This document shows, piece after piece, positions 9,791 through 19,092 of a stretch of DNA of 64,000 nt. The DNA is taken from NCBI GenBank assembly GCA_964438405.1, contig CAYTKF010000001.1:18860-82859 (forward strand). The letters run 5' to 3'. Positions within the stretch are counted from its first letter, which is position 1, and each line of letters opens with the position of its first letter. The position numbers and the translations under genes were made by a program. Source of the stretch: an uncultured Candidatus Saccharibacteria bacterium. GTDB lineage: Bacteria; Patescibacteriota; Minisyncoccia; UBA9983. The notes under the pieces are model-generated. The model did not search any database, was not told where the DNA came from, and was given only the letters and a program-made list of their open reading frames with translations.

Positions 9791-10846
9791 TTGTCTGTAA
9801 TTATTTTTATAATCGTTCTTGCGATTTTGATTTTGTCCCATGAGTTTGGGCATTTTATTACTGCAAAAAAGGCTGGGATAAGAGTGGACGAATTTGCCAT
9901 TGGCTTTCCTCCGCGATTATTCAGCTGGAAAAAAGGGGAAACAACTTACGCCGTAAATCTCTTGCCTCTTGGCGGTTATGTAAAAATTCACGGCGAAGAT
10001 GATGCCACAAACCCAAACGACCCGCGAAGTTTCGCGTCAAAATCAGCGCTGACAAGGACAATGGTTTTGGCTTCAGGTGTTTTGTTTAATCTTGTTCTGG
10101 CATGGGTTTTGATTTCTTTGGGCTATATTATCGGTTTGCCCACCAGCACCTCTGCTGTTCCAGCGGGCGCAAATATCAGTAATGTAAGAATAATTGTCAT
10201 AGAAGTGGCAAAAGATTCTCCTGCAGAAATGGTTGGGATTAAGGCAGGGGATGAGATAATCGGTTTTTCCCGCATTCAAGATTTCCAAAATTTTATCAGC
10301 GTCAACAAAAATAAGGAAGTTTCCATAAATCTAAACCACAACGGAGAAGGTATTTCTGTTAAACTTGTGCCAAGAAAAAATCCGCCCCAGGGCCAGGGCG
10401 CAATCGGCATTGCCATGGACGAGGCAGGCACATTAAAACTTCCGTGGTATAAGGCTTTGCCTTACGCCGCAAAATTTACTTATCAATTAACAATTGCCAT
10501 TGCCGTCGCAACTTATTCTTTTATTGTTGATGCCTTTCGAGGTTTGGCTGGTTTTGACCAGGTGATGGGGCCGGTTGGCATTGCAGGCGCAACAGGAGCT
10601 GCGGCAAAAATGGGATTTTCGTATCTTCTCGGTTTTATTTCTATGCTTTCCATAAATCTGGCTATTATCAATATTCTTCCGTTCCCGGCATTGGACGGCG
10701 GAAGAATTTTATTTCTGCTCATAGAAAAAATTAAGGGCTCGCCAGTGAGCGAAAGATTCAGCAGTATTGCCCACGCCGTAGGCCTGGCATTACTTCTGGT
10801 TCTAATGCTGGCAATAACCTACCGTGACATTTTACGGTTGATCTAA
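9791..10846 (+). CDS. rseP: RIP metalloprotease RseP (site-2 protease, PDZ-containing), TTG start
   Basis: HEFGHFITAKKAGIRVDEFAIGFPP (HExxH), PDZ-like middle region, and C-terminal LDGG motif. Confidence 0.85.
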   Translation: MSVIIFIIVLAILILSHEFGHFITAKKAGIRVDEFAIGFPPRLFSWKKGETTYAVNLLPLGGYVKIHGEDDATNPNDPRSFASKSALTRTMVLASGVLFNLVLAWVLISLGYIIGLPTSTSAVPAGANISNVRIIVIEVAKDSPAEMVGIKAGDEIIGFSRIQDFQNFISVNKNKEVSINLNHNGEGISVKLVPRKNPPQGQGAIGIAMDEAGTLKLPWYKALPYAAKFTYQLTIAIAVATYSFIVDAFRGLAGFDQVMGPVGIAGATGAAAKMGFSYLLGFISMLSINLAIINILPFPALDGGRILFLLIEKIKGSPVSERFSSIAHAVGLALLLVLMLAITYRDILRLI

Positions 10847-10873
10847 AAACTAAAAATAATTAATTTTTTATAT

Positions 10874-10917
10874 CTATTGTGAACAAATGGAACGATCGTG
10901 AAAAATGGTAACAATAG
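10874..10917. promoter_or_regulatory. 44-bp quasi-palindrome centred exactly on CGATCG (downstream-flank copy for PaaX-like gene 1)
   Basis: ctattgtgaacaaatggaaCGATCGtgaaaaatggtaacaatag. Terminal ctattgt/acaatag are exact inverted repeats, with 19-nt arms on each side of CGATCG. Confidence 0.5.
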
Positions 10918-10930
10918 ATTAGTAATAGAT

Positions 10931-11593
10931 TTATTGTTTTATTATTGCGCTCTTGAGTAAATTCTTAAAATAATATAAAACTTTCTCATCAGTCATTTCT
11001 TTTACAAGAAATATTTTCACAAGGGGCTTTATATTAAAAAAATCTTTTAAGAATTCTATTTCTTCTATACAAGGGAAAGGATGAACCCAAACGCTTTTCT
11101 GACACTGATAAAAATTAAGATCTTCCAATTTATTTCTAAGCGAGTCTCTAATTTTTCTTTGGTTTTCCGGTATGTCAAAAATAACAAGCCGCCAATTTCC
11201 ATCCCAATTTTTTGGGACACTAATTTTTAATTCATCAAGGATAAACTTTTTAATTTTTTTCTTTCCATTTTCAGTAACAGTATAAATAAGACAATCTTCT
11301 TCTTCTTTTAAAAATTCCAAATTGTGTTTTTGTTTTAATTTATTAAAGGTATACCATATTTTTCTATATTCTTCGTAACTTTCTCTTTTTTGCCTTTGTC
11401 TTATTTTTTCTATTATTCCTAAAACGTTAGGGAAGGCGACGCCAAAGGTTAAAATTCCTCCGGTAGCTATTAATGCAAGGGTGGCATTAAGAGTAGTTTT
11501 GGCTTTAGAGTTTTCTTTTATTATCCTTAAAAGATACTTTTTAAGGTTTGGTTCTAGGGTTGTTTCAAATTTTATCGGTTTGTGTTTAGGCAT
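10931..11593 (-). CDS. PaaX-family transcriptional regulator-like protein (paralog 1)
   Basis: NWDGNWRLVIFDIPENQRKIRDSLRNKLEDLNFYQCQKSVWVHP parallels the WDGKW...LW.GFG...P core of PaaX. Paralogous to 48177..48734. Confidence 0.5.
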   Translation of the reverse strand: MPKHKPIKFETTLEPNLKKYLLRIIKENSKAKTTLNATLALIATGGILTFGVAFPNVLGIIEKIRQRQKRESYEEYRKIWYTFNKLKQKHNLEFLKEEEDCLIYTVTENGKKKIKKFILDELKISVPKNWDGNWRLVIFDIPENQRKIRDSLRNKLEDLNFYQCQKSVWVHPFPCIEEIEFLKDFFNIKPLVKIFLVKEMTDEKVLYYFKNLLKSAIIKQ

Positions 11594-11626
11594 ATATTAT
11601 ATATTAATTATATATTACCACAGACT

Positions 11627-11670
11627 GCATTGTGACCAAATGGAGCGGTCGTGAAAAATGGTAACAATAG
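11627..11670. promoter_or_regulatory. Second copy of the 44-bp element (41/44 identical), upstream flank of PaaX-like gene 1
   Basis: gcattgtgaccaaatggagcggtcgtgaaaaatggtaacaatag, in the same orientation as 10874..10917. Confidence 0.5.
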
Positions 11671-11726
11671 AAAGTGGATGAGAATAGAGTAGTTACGGAA
11701 AATAAGTTGTGATATAATTTATTTAC

Positions 11727-11951
11727 ATGATGAAAACAGGCAAAATAATTATCTTTACTTTTATTTTATTCATTTTTTTCTTTTTTACGCCTCATTCTTT
11801 TGCCGCCACTTCTCCGGATTGGACCATTAATTTCAGTTGGAACGATGTGTCTGTTAATAATAACGGTCAATATGATTTTCCGTTAAATGTTCAAGGAAAC
11901 GGTACTTATACTTGGCTAGGTGGAAGTGCTTATGGTGAGATATATAAATGA
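11727..11951 (+). CDS. Small secreted protein, or the signal-peptide-bearing N-terminal part of the downstream peptidase (ATGA stop/start overlap)
   Basis: Signal peptide IIIFTFILFIFFFFTPHSFAATSP. Its TGA stop overlaps the ATG of the next ORF. Confidence 0.4.
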   Translation: MMKTGKIIIFTFILFIFFFFTPHSFAATSPDWTINFSWNDVSVNNNGQYDFPLNVQGNGTYTWLGGSAYGEIYK

Positions 11952-13282
11952 TTGAGTTTGATGTGGGAACGGGAGTGCCGTTGTATACACAAATATTATC
12001 ACCTTATCCATCAATATCTGATACTGATGAATGGGATGGACTAAAGTATGCTGATGGTAATTCTGATTGTGGTTTTAGCATCTCTAACTGTGGATGCGCC
12101 ATTACTTCTATCGTAATGGTTGCCAGAAGTTATAGAATAACAAATACCCAAGAACTTGATGTCAATCCAAAAGAAATAAACAACTGGCTTAATAGTGAAT
12201 CAGGAGGATATGTAAATGGAGGTGTTAATTGGATTGCAGCCGCAAAATACACGGGCTGGAGAATCAAGTACGAAAAAAGCGACAAAACTACAAACAACTA
12301 CGTGCTTTTAGATGAAAAACTTAATAACAACCAGCCAGTTATTGCCAAAGCCAATCGTGGAAGAGGTGGCATTAGCCGCGAACATTTCTTTGTAATAGAT
12401 AAAAAATTAGCTTCCACTTATTCTGTTAAAGACCCTGCCTGGTATAATACCAAAATATTAAACGAAGGTTTTAATAGTGACATTCAGCACGTCAGAAATT
12501 ACGATAACGGCTTTGACGGCTTGAGAATTTACAAGAAAGGAGACGGAATTGCCCAAAAAGCCATGACCCTTGTTCTTGGTTCTCCGGCAGAACTTTTAAT
12601 AACCGATTCTTTTGGTAATAAACTTGGCAAAGACCAAAACGGCGTAGAATATAACCAGATATCCAACGGCTGGTATTTTGAGGAAGGGTTTGATGATCCC
12701 ACGGGAGAAAATCCGCCCTCTCAACATAAAAATAAAATCATTCAAATACTGGAGCCTACCGATGGTCAATATGATATCCAGATTATAGGCACCGGTGCAG
12801 GAAATTATTCTCTTAACTCAGATATTTACGATTCAGACGGCAATTCTCATTTCCAGACAATAACCGGCAACACCCAGCCGAATCTTATAACCGATTATTC
12901 TCTTAATTTAACCAATGGCAAGCCCGGAGAAATTGTTATTCCTGTCTCAATTGATATCAAGCCCGGCACTTACCCTAACAGCATTAATCTGGGCTCTAAT
13001 GGCGTTATTCCTGTGGCAATTTTTGGTTCTGCGGCGCTTGATGTTAAAAATATTAATATTCCTACAATTAGACTTGGCAGTGCTTCTGTTAAACTTAAGG
13101 GTAATGGGCAATCCGTTTTTAACTACTCTGACTTAAACACAGACGGTTTTATTGATGTTGTTGTAAAAATATCCACCGAAACATTTAGTTTGTCATCAAC
13201 TGACATTACTACAAACCTTGAAGGTAAATTACAAAATGGAATAACCATCAGGGGTTCTGATTCCGTACGAATTGTACCATGA
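11948..13282 (+). CDS. Papain-like (C39-like) cysteine peptidase domain protein with a C-terminal beta-rich domain
   Basis: NCGCAITSIVM catalytic-Cys context and downstream REHFFVID (His) resemble the C39/papain-like fold. It has no signal peptide of its own. Confidence 0.4.
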   Translation: MIEFDVGTGVPLYTQILSPYPSISDTDEWDGLKYADGNSDCGFSISNCGCAITSIVMVARSYRITNTQELDVNPKEINNWLNSESGGYVNGGVNWIAAAKYTGWRIKYEKSDKTTNNYVLLDEKLNNNQPVIAKANRGRGGISREHFFVIDKKLASTYSVKDPAWYNTKILNEGFNSDIQHVRNYDNGFDGLRIYKKGDGIAQKAMTLVLGSPAELLITDSFGNKLGKDQNGVEYNQISNGWYFEEGFDDPTGENPPSQHKNKIIQILEPTDGQYDIQIIGTGAGNYSLNSDIYDSDGNSHFQTITGNTQPNLITDYSLNLTNGKPGEIVIPVSIDIKPGTYPNSINLGSNGVIPVAIFGSAALDVKNINIPTIRLGSASVKLKGNGQSVFNYSDLNTDGFIDVVVKISTETFSLSSTDITTNLEGKLQNGITIRGSDSVRIVP

Positions 13283-14268
13283 GCAAAAAAATTAAAATTC
13301 TAATAATTTCAATTTTCTTAGTTTTTGCGGTCGCTATAGCTATTTTTTATTTCATAAAACCAACAAAATCAGGATGCTTAAGTGATAACAGTGTGACAAC
13401 TTACGAAAACGATAAAGATAATACTTATATTGTAGTGTCTGACAAAAAAACAGGACAAGAGATAAATCGTTTTCAAATCAAAAATATAATTACTGATCAT
13501 TATCATGGTCAAGAATTACATAAATGTAACTTTTATGTGATAAGACAATTTAATTACGATAGTAAAACAAGACGCAAAACACCAAATTACAGCGCCGAAT
13601 TATGGTCATATAATTATACCCAGAATGGCCTCTCAATTTTAACCTTTAGCAAAACAGACAATAATGGCAATTATCTATTATTTTTTAATGATGACTTCCG
13701 CATTTCTCCTGATGAGAAATATCTTGCTCTTGAAAAAGGTTATGCCGGCCAAGATGATTATTCTATTGTCATTAAAACTCTTTCAGATAAAAAAGATGCT
13801 TTCATAATATCTGCCAAAGAGCTTTCTCAAAAATATCCCGATATTGTCGGGAATTTCGGTCTTAAAGAATGGACAAAAGACGGCAGATATTTTTGGGGAA
13901 ATATTTTTGATGGAGCAGACGTGTTAGCTTTCTTTAGAATAGAAATCGGAACTTGGAAATGGGAAGTATTTGAGGCGCCAGTTGGAACAATGGGCGGAGA
14001 TGTCCTAAATCCCGAATTGGGATATGTTACATATGATGATGGTTCGCCGTGGACAGGATTTGCCGATTTAGACCAAGCGTATCGCGAACAATGGAAAAAA
14101 GAAGGTAAAATTGTTCATTTTTATCTTTATAACTTATTTACAAAAGAGAAAACTCTTTTGGCCACTTATGACGATCCCACCTATTTCACTAAACCCAAAT
14201 GGCTTTCTGACACTCAGCTTCAATACGAAATGCCGAACGGGGAAAAGAGGATTTATGAAATTAAATGA
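13279..14268 (+). CDS. Hypothetical membrane-anchored protein
   Basis: N-terminal TM segment ILIISIFLVFAVAIAIFYFI; 329 aa; no known motif. Confidence 0.4.
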   Translation: MSKKIKILIISIFLVFAVAIAIFYFIKPTKSGCLSDNSVTTYENDKDNTYIVVSDKKTGQEINRFQIKNIITDHYHGQELHKCNFYVIRQFNYDSKTRRKTPNYSAELWSYNYTQNGLSILTFSKTDNNGNYLLFFNDDFRISPDEKYLALEKGYAGQDDYSIVIKTLSDKKDAFIISAKELSQKYPDIVGNFGLKEWTKDGRYFWGNIFDGADVLAFFRIEIGTWKWEVFEAPVGTMGGDVLNPELGYVTYDDGSPWTGFADLDQAYREQWKKEGKIVHFYLYNLFTKEKTLLATYDDPTYFTKPKWLSDTQLQYEMPNGEKRIYEIK

Positions 14269-14290
14269 GTCTTTCATGGGGTTTAATCTT

Positions 14291-14311
14291 CCCCGAGGTT
14301 TAACCTCGGGG
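14291..14311 (+). terminator. Hairpin ccccgaggtt-t-aacctcgggg after the preceding CDS (no clean T-tract)
   Basis: Perfect 10-bp inverted repeat 23 nt after the stop codon. Confidence 0.35.
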
Positions 14312-14320
14312 AGTCTTAAG

Positions 14321-14384
14321 AAATCCTTGCTTCGTTTAAATTTTTGAAGTAGAGTTAATAATTATAAGTTAAACCATTAAACTT
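14321..14384 (+). promoter_or_regulatory. Conserved 64-nt leader/promoter region, copy A (upstream of S8 protease 1)
   Basis: aaatccttgcttcgtttaaatttttgaagtagagttaataattataagttaaaccattaaactt. About 85% identical to 16262..16324. Possible -35 ttgctt and -10 tagagt/tagtat. Confidence 0.5.
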
Positions 14385-16259
14385 ATGAAAAAAATACACA
14401 ACCATCTACTTGAACACAGCAAATGGTATAGTGATTGGCACAACTATTCACGCTGCTCAGTGGTGCACTGGGCTGTATTTGTTGTTGTTACTATGCTGCT
14501 TATGACCGGTACTTTATTGAGTATTCAGAAATTTGTTGTTTTAACAGAAAGTGAATCCAATATTGCCAGCGTTATAGTTCCCAGCTATAAGGGCGGTAAA
14601 GTCGGAGAAGCAGAAGACCATATTTTGGTAAAATTTAAAAAAACTTTGACTACCAAAGAACAAGAAAAAATACTTTCCAGAAACAATTTGAAAGAGAAAT
14701 CAGAAATTAAAGCCATCGGTGTAAAATTAATCTCTATCTCCGCCGATGATACTCCCCAAGAAGCAGTAGACAAATTGAAAGCCAAGGAAAAAGGCAATCT
14801 GGAATTTGTTGAAGTTGATGCTATTTTAGCTCCTGATTTAATACCAAATGATTCCTATTGGCCAAGCCAGTGGGACAAATCAAAGATCAACACTCCCTTA
14901 GCTTGGGATTCTAATACTGGCTCAAATACTGTAATTGTGGGTGTCGCGGATACAGGTGTTGATTGCACCCACGAAGATTTAACGGCCAATTGTGTTTCCG
15001 GTTGGAATTTTTATGATAACAATTCAAATGCTGCTGATGTTTATGGCCATGGGACTGCTGTTGCCGGAATTATTGGAGCTGCCGGCAATAATGCAAGGGG
15101 GGTAGCCGGAACAGTTTGGAATTCTAAAATTATGCCATTGCGGGTTAGCGGAACCAGTGGTTCCGCTACCTATTCGGCCATTGCCCAAGCTATAATTTAT
15201 GCAGCTGACCATGGAGTAAAAGTGGTGAACAACAGCTATCAATCGGGAGGCAGCGCCACAGTTAGGAGCGCTGCTCATTATTTGAAAAGTAAAGGAGGGC
15301 TTCTTATAGTAAGTGAGGGTAATTACGGCACTCTTACTAGCTACGACAATAGCCCGGACCTGATATCTGTCTCTGCAACTGACCCCAATGATGCTCTCTA
15401 TTCTTGGTCGTCTTATGGCAATGATGTGGACGTTTCTGCCCCGGGCTGCGGATATGCCACAGCAAACGGCGGAAGTTATAGAAGTTTTTGCGGCACTTCC
15501 AATTCTGCCCCGGAAGTGGCAGGTGCTCTGGCTCTTATCTTTTCGGTTAATTCTAGCTTAACTGCCGATCAAGCCCAAACTATCTTATTCAATTCCGCAA
15601 AAGATCTTGGCATTGCAGGTTGGGATATATATTTCGGATGGGGCAGAATAGATGTCGGGGCGGCCGTGGCATTGGCTAAGGGCGGAACTTCAAATGACAC
15701 TACTTCTCCTTCGGCACCAACCAATCTTTCCGCCTCTGCTCCGGATGAGACAAAAGTAAATTTGGCATGGACAGCTTCTATCGACAATACAGGAGTTGTC
15801 GGTTACCAAGTGTTTAGAGACAGCAATCAAATTGCCATTGTAAGCTCAACTAATTATACAGATACAAATGTTACTTCTGGTGCCAGTTATTCATACACAG
15901 TCAAGGCTTACGATGCTGTTGGTAATGTCTCTCCAAGTAGCAATACAGCTACAGTTACTGTGCCCACTGTTTCTGCCAAAGTCAGTATTTTGAATTATTC
16001 CGTAACAAAAAAGACTGCCACTACAGCCACTATCACTTGGACCACCAACATTCCCTCTACTGGTTTTGTCTCCTATAGTTCATCTTCTATAAACTTAAAT
16101 CTTTCTGCCACTGACGGAATTATCGGAACTACACATTCTGTAACAATTACTAATTTGACCAAATTCAGGATATATTATTACAAAATTACTGTTACCAGCG
16201 GAGATGGTTCCAGCACAGCTTCATCACCGGTTTCAAATTTCAGAACTAATAAAAAATAA
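14385..16259 (+). CDS. Secreted subtilisin-like serine protease (S8) with C-terminal fibronectin-III-like domains
   Basis: Catalytic triad contexts VGVADTGVD (Asp), HGTAVAGIIGA (His), GTSNSAPEVAG (Ser). Two FN3-like repeats at the C-terminus. Confidence 0.85.
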   Translation: MKKIHNHLLEHSKWYSDWHNYSRCSVVHWAVFVVVTMLLMTGTLLSIQKFVVLTESESNIASVIVPSYKGGKVGEAEDHILVKFKKTLTTKEQEKILSRNNLKEKSEIKAIGVKLISISADDTPQEAVDKLKAKEKGNLEFVEVDAILAPDLIPNDSYWPSQWDKSKINTPLAWDSNTGSNTVIVGVADTGVDCTHEDLTANCVSGWNFYDNNSNAADVYGHGTAVAGIIGAAGNNARGVAGTVWNSKIMPLRVSGTSGSATYSAIAQAIIYAADHGVKVVNNSYQSGGSATVRSAAHYLKSKGGLLIVSEGNYGTLTSYDNSPDLISVSATDPNDALYSWSSYGNDVDVSAPGCGYATANGGSYRSFCGTSNSAPEVAGALALIFSVNSSLTADQAQTILFNSAKDLGIAGWDIYFGWGRIDVGAAVALAKGGTSNDTTSPSAPTNLSASAPDETKVNLAWTASIDNTGVVGYQVFRDSNQIAIVSSTNYTDTNVTSGASYSYTVKAYDAVGNVSPSSNTATVTVPTVSAKVSILNYSVTKKTATTATITWTTNIPSTGFVSYSSSSINLNLSATDGIIGTTHSVTITNLTKFRIYYYKITVTSGDGSSTASSPVSNFRTNKK

Positions 16260-16261
16260 CC

Positions 16262-16324
16262 AAATCCTTGCTTCGTTTAAGTTTTTGAAGTAGTATTAAG
16301 AATTATAAGTTAAACTATTAAATT
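16262..16324 (+). promoter_or_regulatory. Conserved leader/promoter region, copy B (upstream of S8 protease 2)
   Basis: aaatccttgcttcgtttaagtttttgaagtagtattaagaattataagttaaactattaaatt. Confidence 0.5.
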
Positions 16325-17521
16325 ATGATGAAAAAATACATTGTTTTAGCCTCATTATTGGCCGTATTGGTCGCGGTTTTCTTTCTTGTGGGAACAGTAA
16401 GCGCTCGGGTGGCCATTGATAAAGGTGACTCGCATAAAAGAGTAATTGCTCACAGCGAAGAAGAAATAAGCAAGGCAGTTTCCTTGGGTTGCAGGATTGT
16501 AAGAGAGGCAAGGACGTTAAAAGCGCTTCGCTGTCCACGGGGAGTGGCTGAATCTTTATCGCTTAGTGAAGATGTAAAAGTTTTTGCTTTAGACGATGAG
16601 AAAGTCGGCGTCTTGAAAAGTCCTCAGCCCAGTGCAACGAGTGCCAGCGCCAACCAACAAATCGGCGCTGATATTGTTCATGCTTCCGGAAATACTGGCA
16701 TCGGCAGAAAAATAGTGGTTCTTGATACTGGTTATAACTATAATCATCCTGAATTAAGTTCCAGCTATCTTGACGGTAAAGACTTTGTTAACGACGATAA
16801 CGACCCAATGGATGACGATGGTCATGGCAGCCATGTATCAGGGATTATTACTGCTGATGGAATTAATCCCAAGGCTAAGGGCGTGGCTCCTGATGCAGGA
16901 GTTATCGCAGGCAAAGTACTCGACCAAAACGGCTCGGGCTATTTCAGCGATGTAGTGGCTGGTATTTACTGGGCAATAGACGGACCTGACGGTGTCTATG
17001 GCAATGCTGACGATTTTGGCGCCGATGCAATCAATCTTAGTTTGGGAACCTCTAGACCCTACACTTATAAAGGATTCTGTGACGGAGTTTTGCCTGATCT
17101 TACAAATGCCGTCAAATACGCAGTTGAAAGGAATGTAACTGTGGTGGTGGCTGCTGGGAACAATAGTAGTTCTGGGGTTTCTATTCCTGGTTGCATCAGC
17201 TACTCCACGACAGCTGGTGCTGTTGACAGTAGAGATAGAGTTGCCAGTTTTTCCAGCAAAGGTAATGCTTTAGATATCACTGCTCCTGGGGTAAGTATTT
17301 ATTCTACTGTTTTGGGAAGCGGTTACGCGAGTTGGAGCGGCACCAGTATGGCCACTCCAATGATAAGCGGCGTGGTGGGCCTTGTGAAAAATGCTCATCC
17401 AGCGTACACGCAGGCACAGATTGAAAGCAAACTCTTTAGCACTGCTAAAGATTTGGGCTCAAGAGGGAAAGATACAAGTTACGGCTGGGGCAGAGTAAGA
17501 GCAAATCTAGCTGTTAAGTAA
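16325..17521 (+). CDS. Secreted subtilisin-like serine protease (S8), second copy
   Basis: VVLDTGYNYNHPEL (Asp), HGSHVSGII (His), GTSMATPMISGV (Ser). N-terminal signal anchor. Confidence 0.85.
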   Translation: MMKKYIVLASLLAVLVAVFFLVGTVSARVAIDKGDSHKRVIAHSEEEISKAVSLGCRIVREARTLKALRCPRGVAESLSLSEDVKVFALDDEKVGVLKSPQPSATSASANQQIGADIVHASGNTGIGRKIVVLDTGYNYNHPELSSSYLDGKDFVNDDNDPMDDDGHGSHVSGIITADGINPKAKGVAPDAGVIAGKVLDQNGSGYFSDVVAGIYWAIDGPDGVYGNADDFGADAINLSLGTSRPYTYKGFCDGVLPDLTNAVKYAVERNVTVVVAAGNNSSSGVSIPGCISYSTTAGAVDSRDRVASFSSKGNALDITAPGVSIYSTVLGSGYASWSGTSMATPMISGVVGLVKNAHPAYTQAQIESKLFSTAKDLGSRGKDTSYGWGRVRANLAVK

Positions 17522-17539
17522 AATTATTGAGTGTCCGAT

Positions 17540-17570
17540 AGGGCGTCCGTTAAAAGGGGACGCTCTTTTC
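17540..17570 (+). terminator. Rho-independent terminator after S8 protease 2
   Basis: agggcgtcc-gttaaaagg-ggacgctct followed by tttc. Confidence 0.55.
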
Positions 17571-17834
17571 GTATTTAAGAAAAATATTAAGGACATATAA
17601 AAGACATCATTTTTGACAGAAAATTAAATCTGTTTTTTAACAGTTTTCAACATTTGACAAAAAATTTCCTGTGAGTAGTTTGAGATATATGATGTCCAAT
17701 ACATTTTGGGCAGTAAAATATGGTCAATTAAACGGCCGGGTTCGCGGTTTTTGTGTGGATTCGGTTTTTTTATTTGGAAAAAATAAGGGTCGAACCATTA
17801 AAAGTAAAAAGTAAAAAATTCAATTAAAAAAATT

Positions 17835-18968
17835 ATGAAAAAAATAATAATAATTTTAGGCGGACTGGCATTAGCGTTTGCTTTTGCTACTTCAGTTTCA
17901 GCCGCAACTCCGAATTGGGACATAACAGGAACATGGACATTCAATGATATTTGGTTAGGAACACCCTATGTTCACACAATGACAATTGATTCGTTTAACC
18001 CAGTTACAGGTGAATTTTCAGGGACTGGCTATTATAACTCTAATACAGCTCTTACGTGGAATGTGAATGGAATAGAAAGCGGAAACGATATCACATTATT
18101 CCATTTGCTGGTTATGGCAGTGGCCCCAGGTGTCACTATTGACGGCACAGGCACTATTAATTCATCGGGCACATTTATGAGTGGAACAGGATATCAGTCA
18201 AACCTTCCTGGAGGCGACCCAAATATTGAATGGACAGCGGTGGGAACAGCGACTCTAACAGATAATGATGGTGACGGAGTATTAAACGAAGACGACATTT
18301 GTCCTAATACGACCGCTGACGGGCCTTGGGAAAGTGAAAAAGGTTGGGGGACAAATAGGTGGCAAGTACAAGATAACTGGATGTGGTATCAGAACAAACC
18401 AGCTGGAAAGGGAGTCTATAACCCAACCGCTCTTCACCCAATAGATTACACTTATGGCTGCAACGGCCACCAAATTATCGAAATGCTCAATGGCGTAATG
18501 AACGGCCACTTGAAGTTCGGATTAAGTTCTAGTGTGCTTGATGAATTCCATCTTGATTTGAATGATGGTGTATTGGATGGCAGATATTTTATCGAAACCG
18601 TTACCGTACCAGCCAGCAAATCAACAGATACGCTATCTGCTAATTTTTTAGCGTCGGGAATTAACTATATTCTTAAAGCACGAGGAACAGCTAACGCTGG
18701 TGATAATATTGAATTTGACGCAAAATACAGTTTCCGTACTGGTTCAAGCGTGACATGGACAGATTCTGTATCTAATTATGAGGGTTACGGACCTACGCTT
18801 TTGGATTTGTTTTACAATGGCTCAACACCGTGGGGAGTTTTTAATTTTTCTCATGAGTATGAAGCGGCCGTAACAGGAACCGGAGCAATTGCATCTTTCA
18901 GAATCTACGATGTTTATTATCCGAACAATACAGGTAATTTATATGTAGATATTTATGCCGAGCTGTAG
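17835..18968 (+). CDS. Secreted hypothetical protein with a Ca-binding-like DNDGDGVLNEDD motif
   Basis: Signal peptide LGGLALAFAFATSVSAATP. DxDxDG motif resembles thrombospondin type 3 / calcium-binding repeats. Confidence 0.45.
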   Translation: MKKIIIILGGLALAFAFATSVSAATPNWDITGTWTFNDIWLGTPYVHTMTIDSFNPVTGEFSGTGYYNSNTALTWNVNGIESGNDITLFHLLVMAVAPGVTIDGTGTINSSGTFMSGTGYQSNLPGGDPNIEWTAVGTATLTDNDGDGVLNEDDICPNTTADGPWESEKGWGTNRWQVQDNWMWYQNKPAGKGVYNPTALHPIDYTYGCNGHQIIEMLNGVMNGHLKFGLSSSVLDEFHLDLNDGVLDGRYFIETVTVPASKSTDTLSANFLASGINYILKARGTANAGDNIEFDAKYSFRTGSSVTWTDSVSNYEGYGPTLLDLFYNGSTPWGVFNFSHEYEAAVTGTGAIASFRIYDVYYPNNTGNLYVDIYAEL

Positions 18969-19092
18969 AATTAAATAGAACTCACACGCGTCCTCCATTT
19001 TTTAGAAAAGTGGGGGAGCGCGTGGGCTCTGTAGAGATGTCCACACATAGGAGCAAAGGTCGAATGATTACTAAAGTTAATAAGAAAATTCT

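Noticed and set aside
18975-19025. Hairpin cacgcgtcctcc...gtgggggagcgcgtg after the 17835..18968 gene.
   Set aside because: The U-tract lies inside the loop, not after the stem, so it is not a convincing intrinsic terminator. Function unclear.
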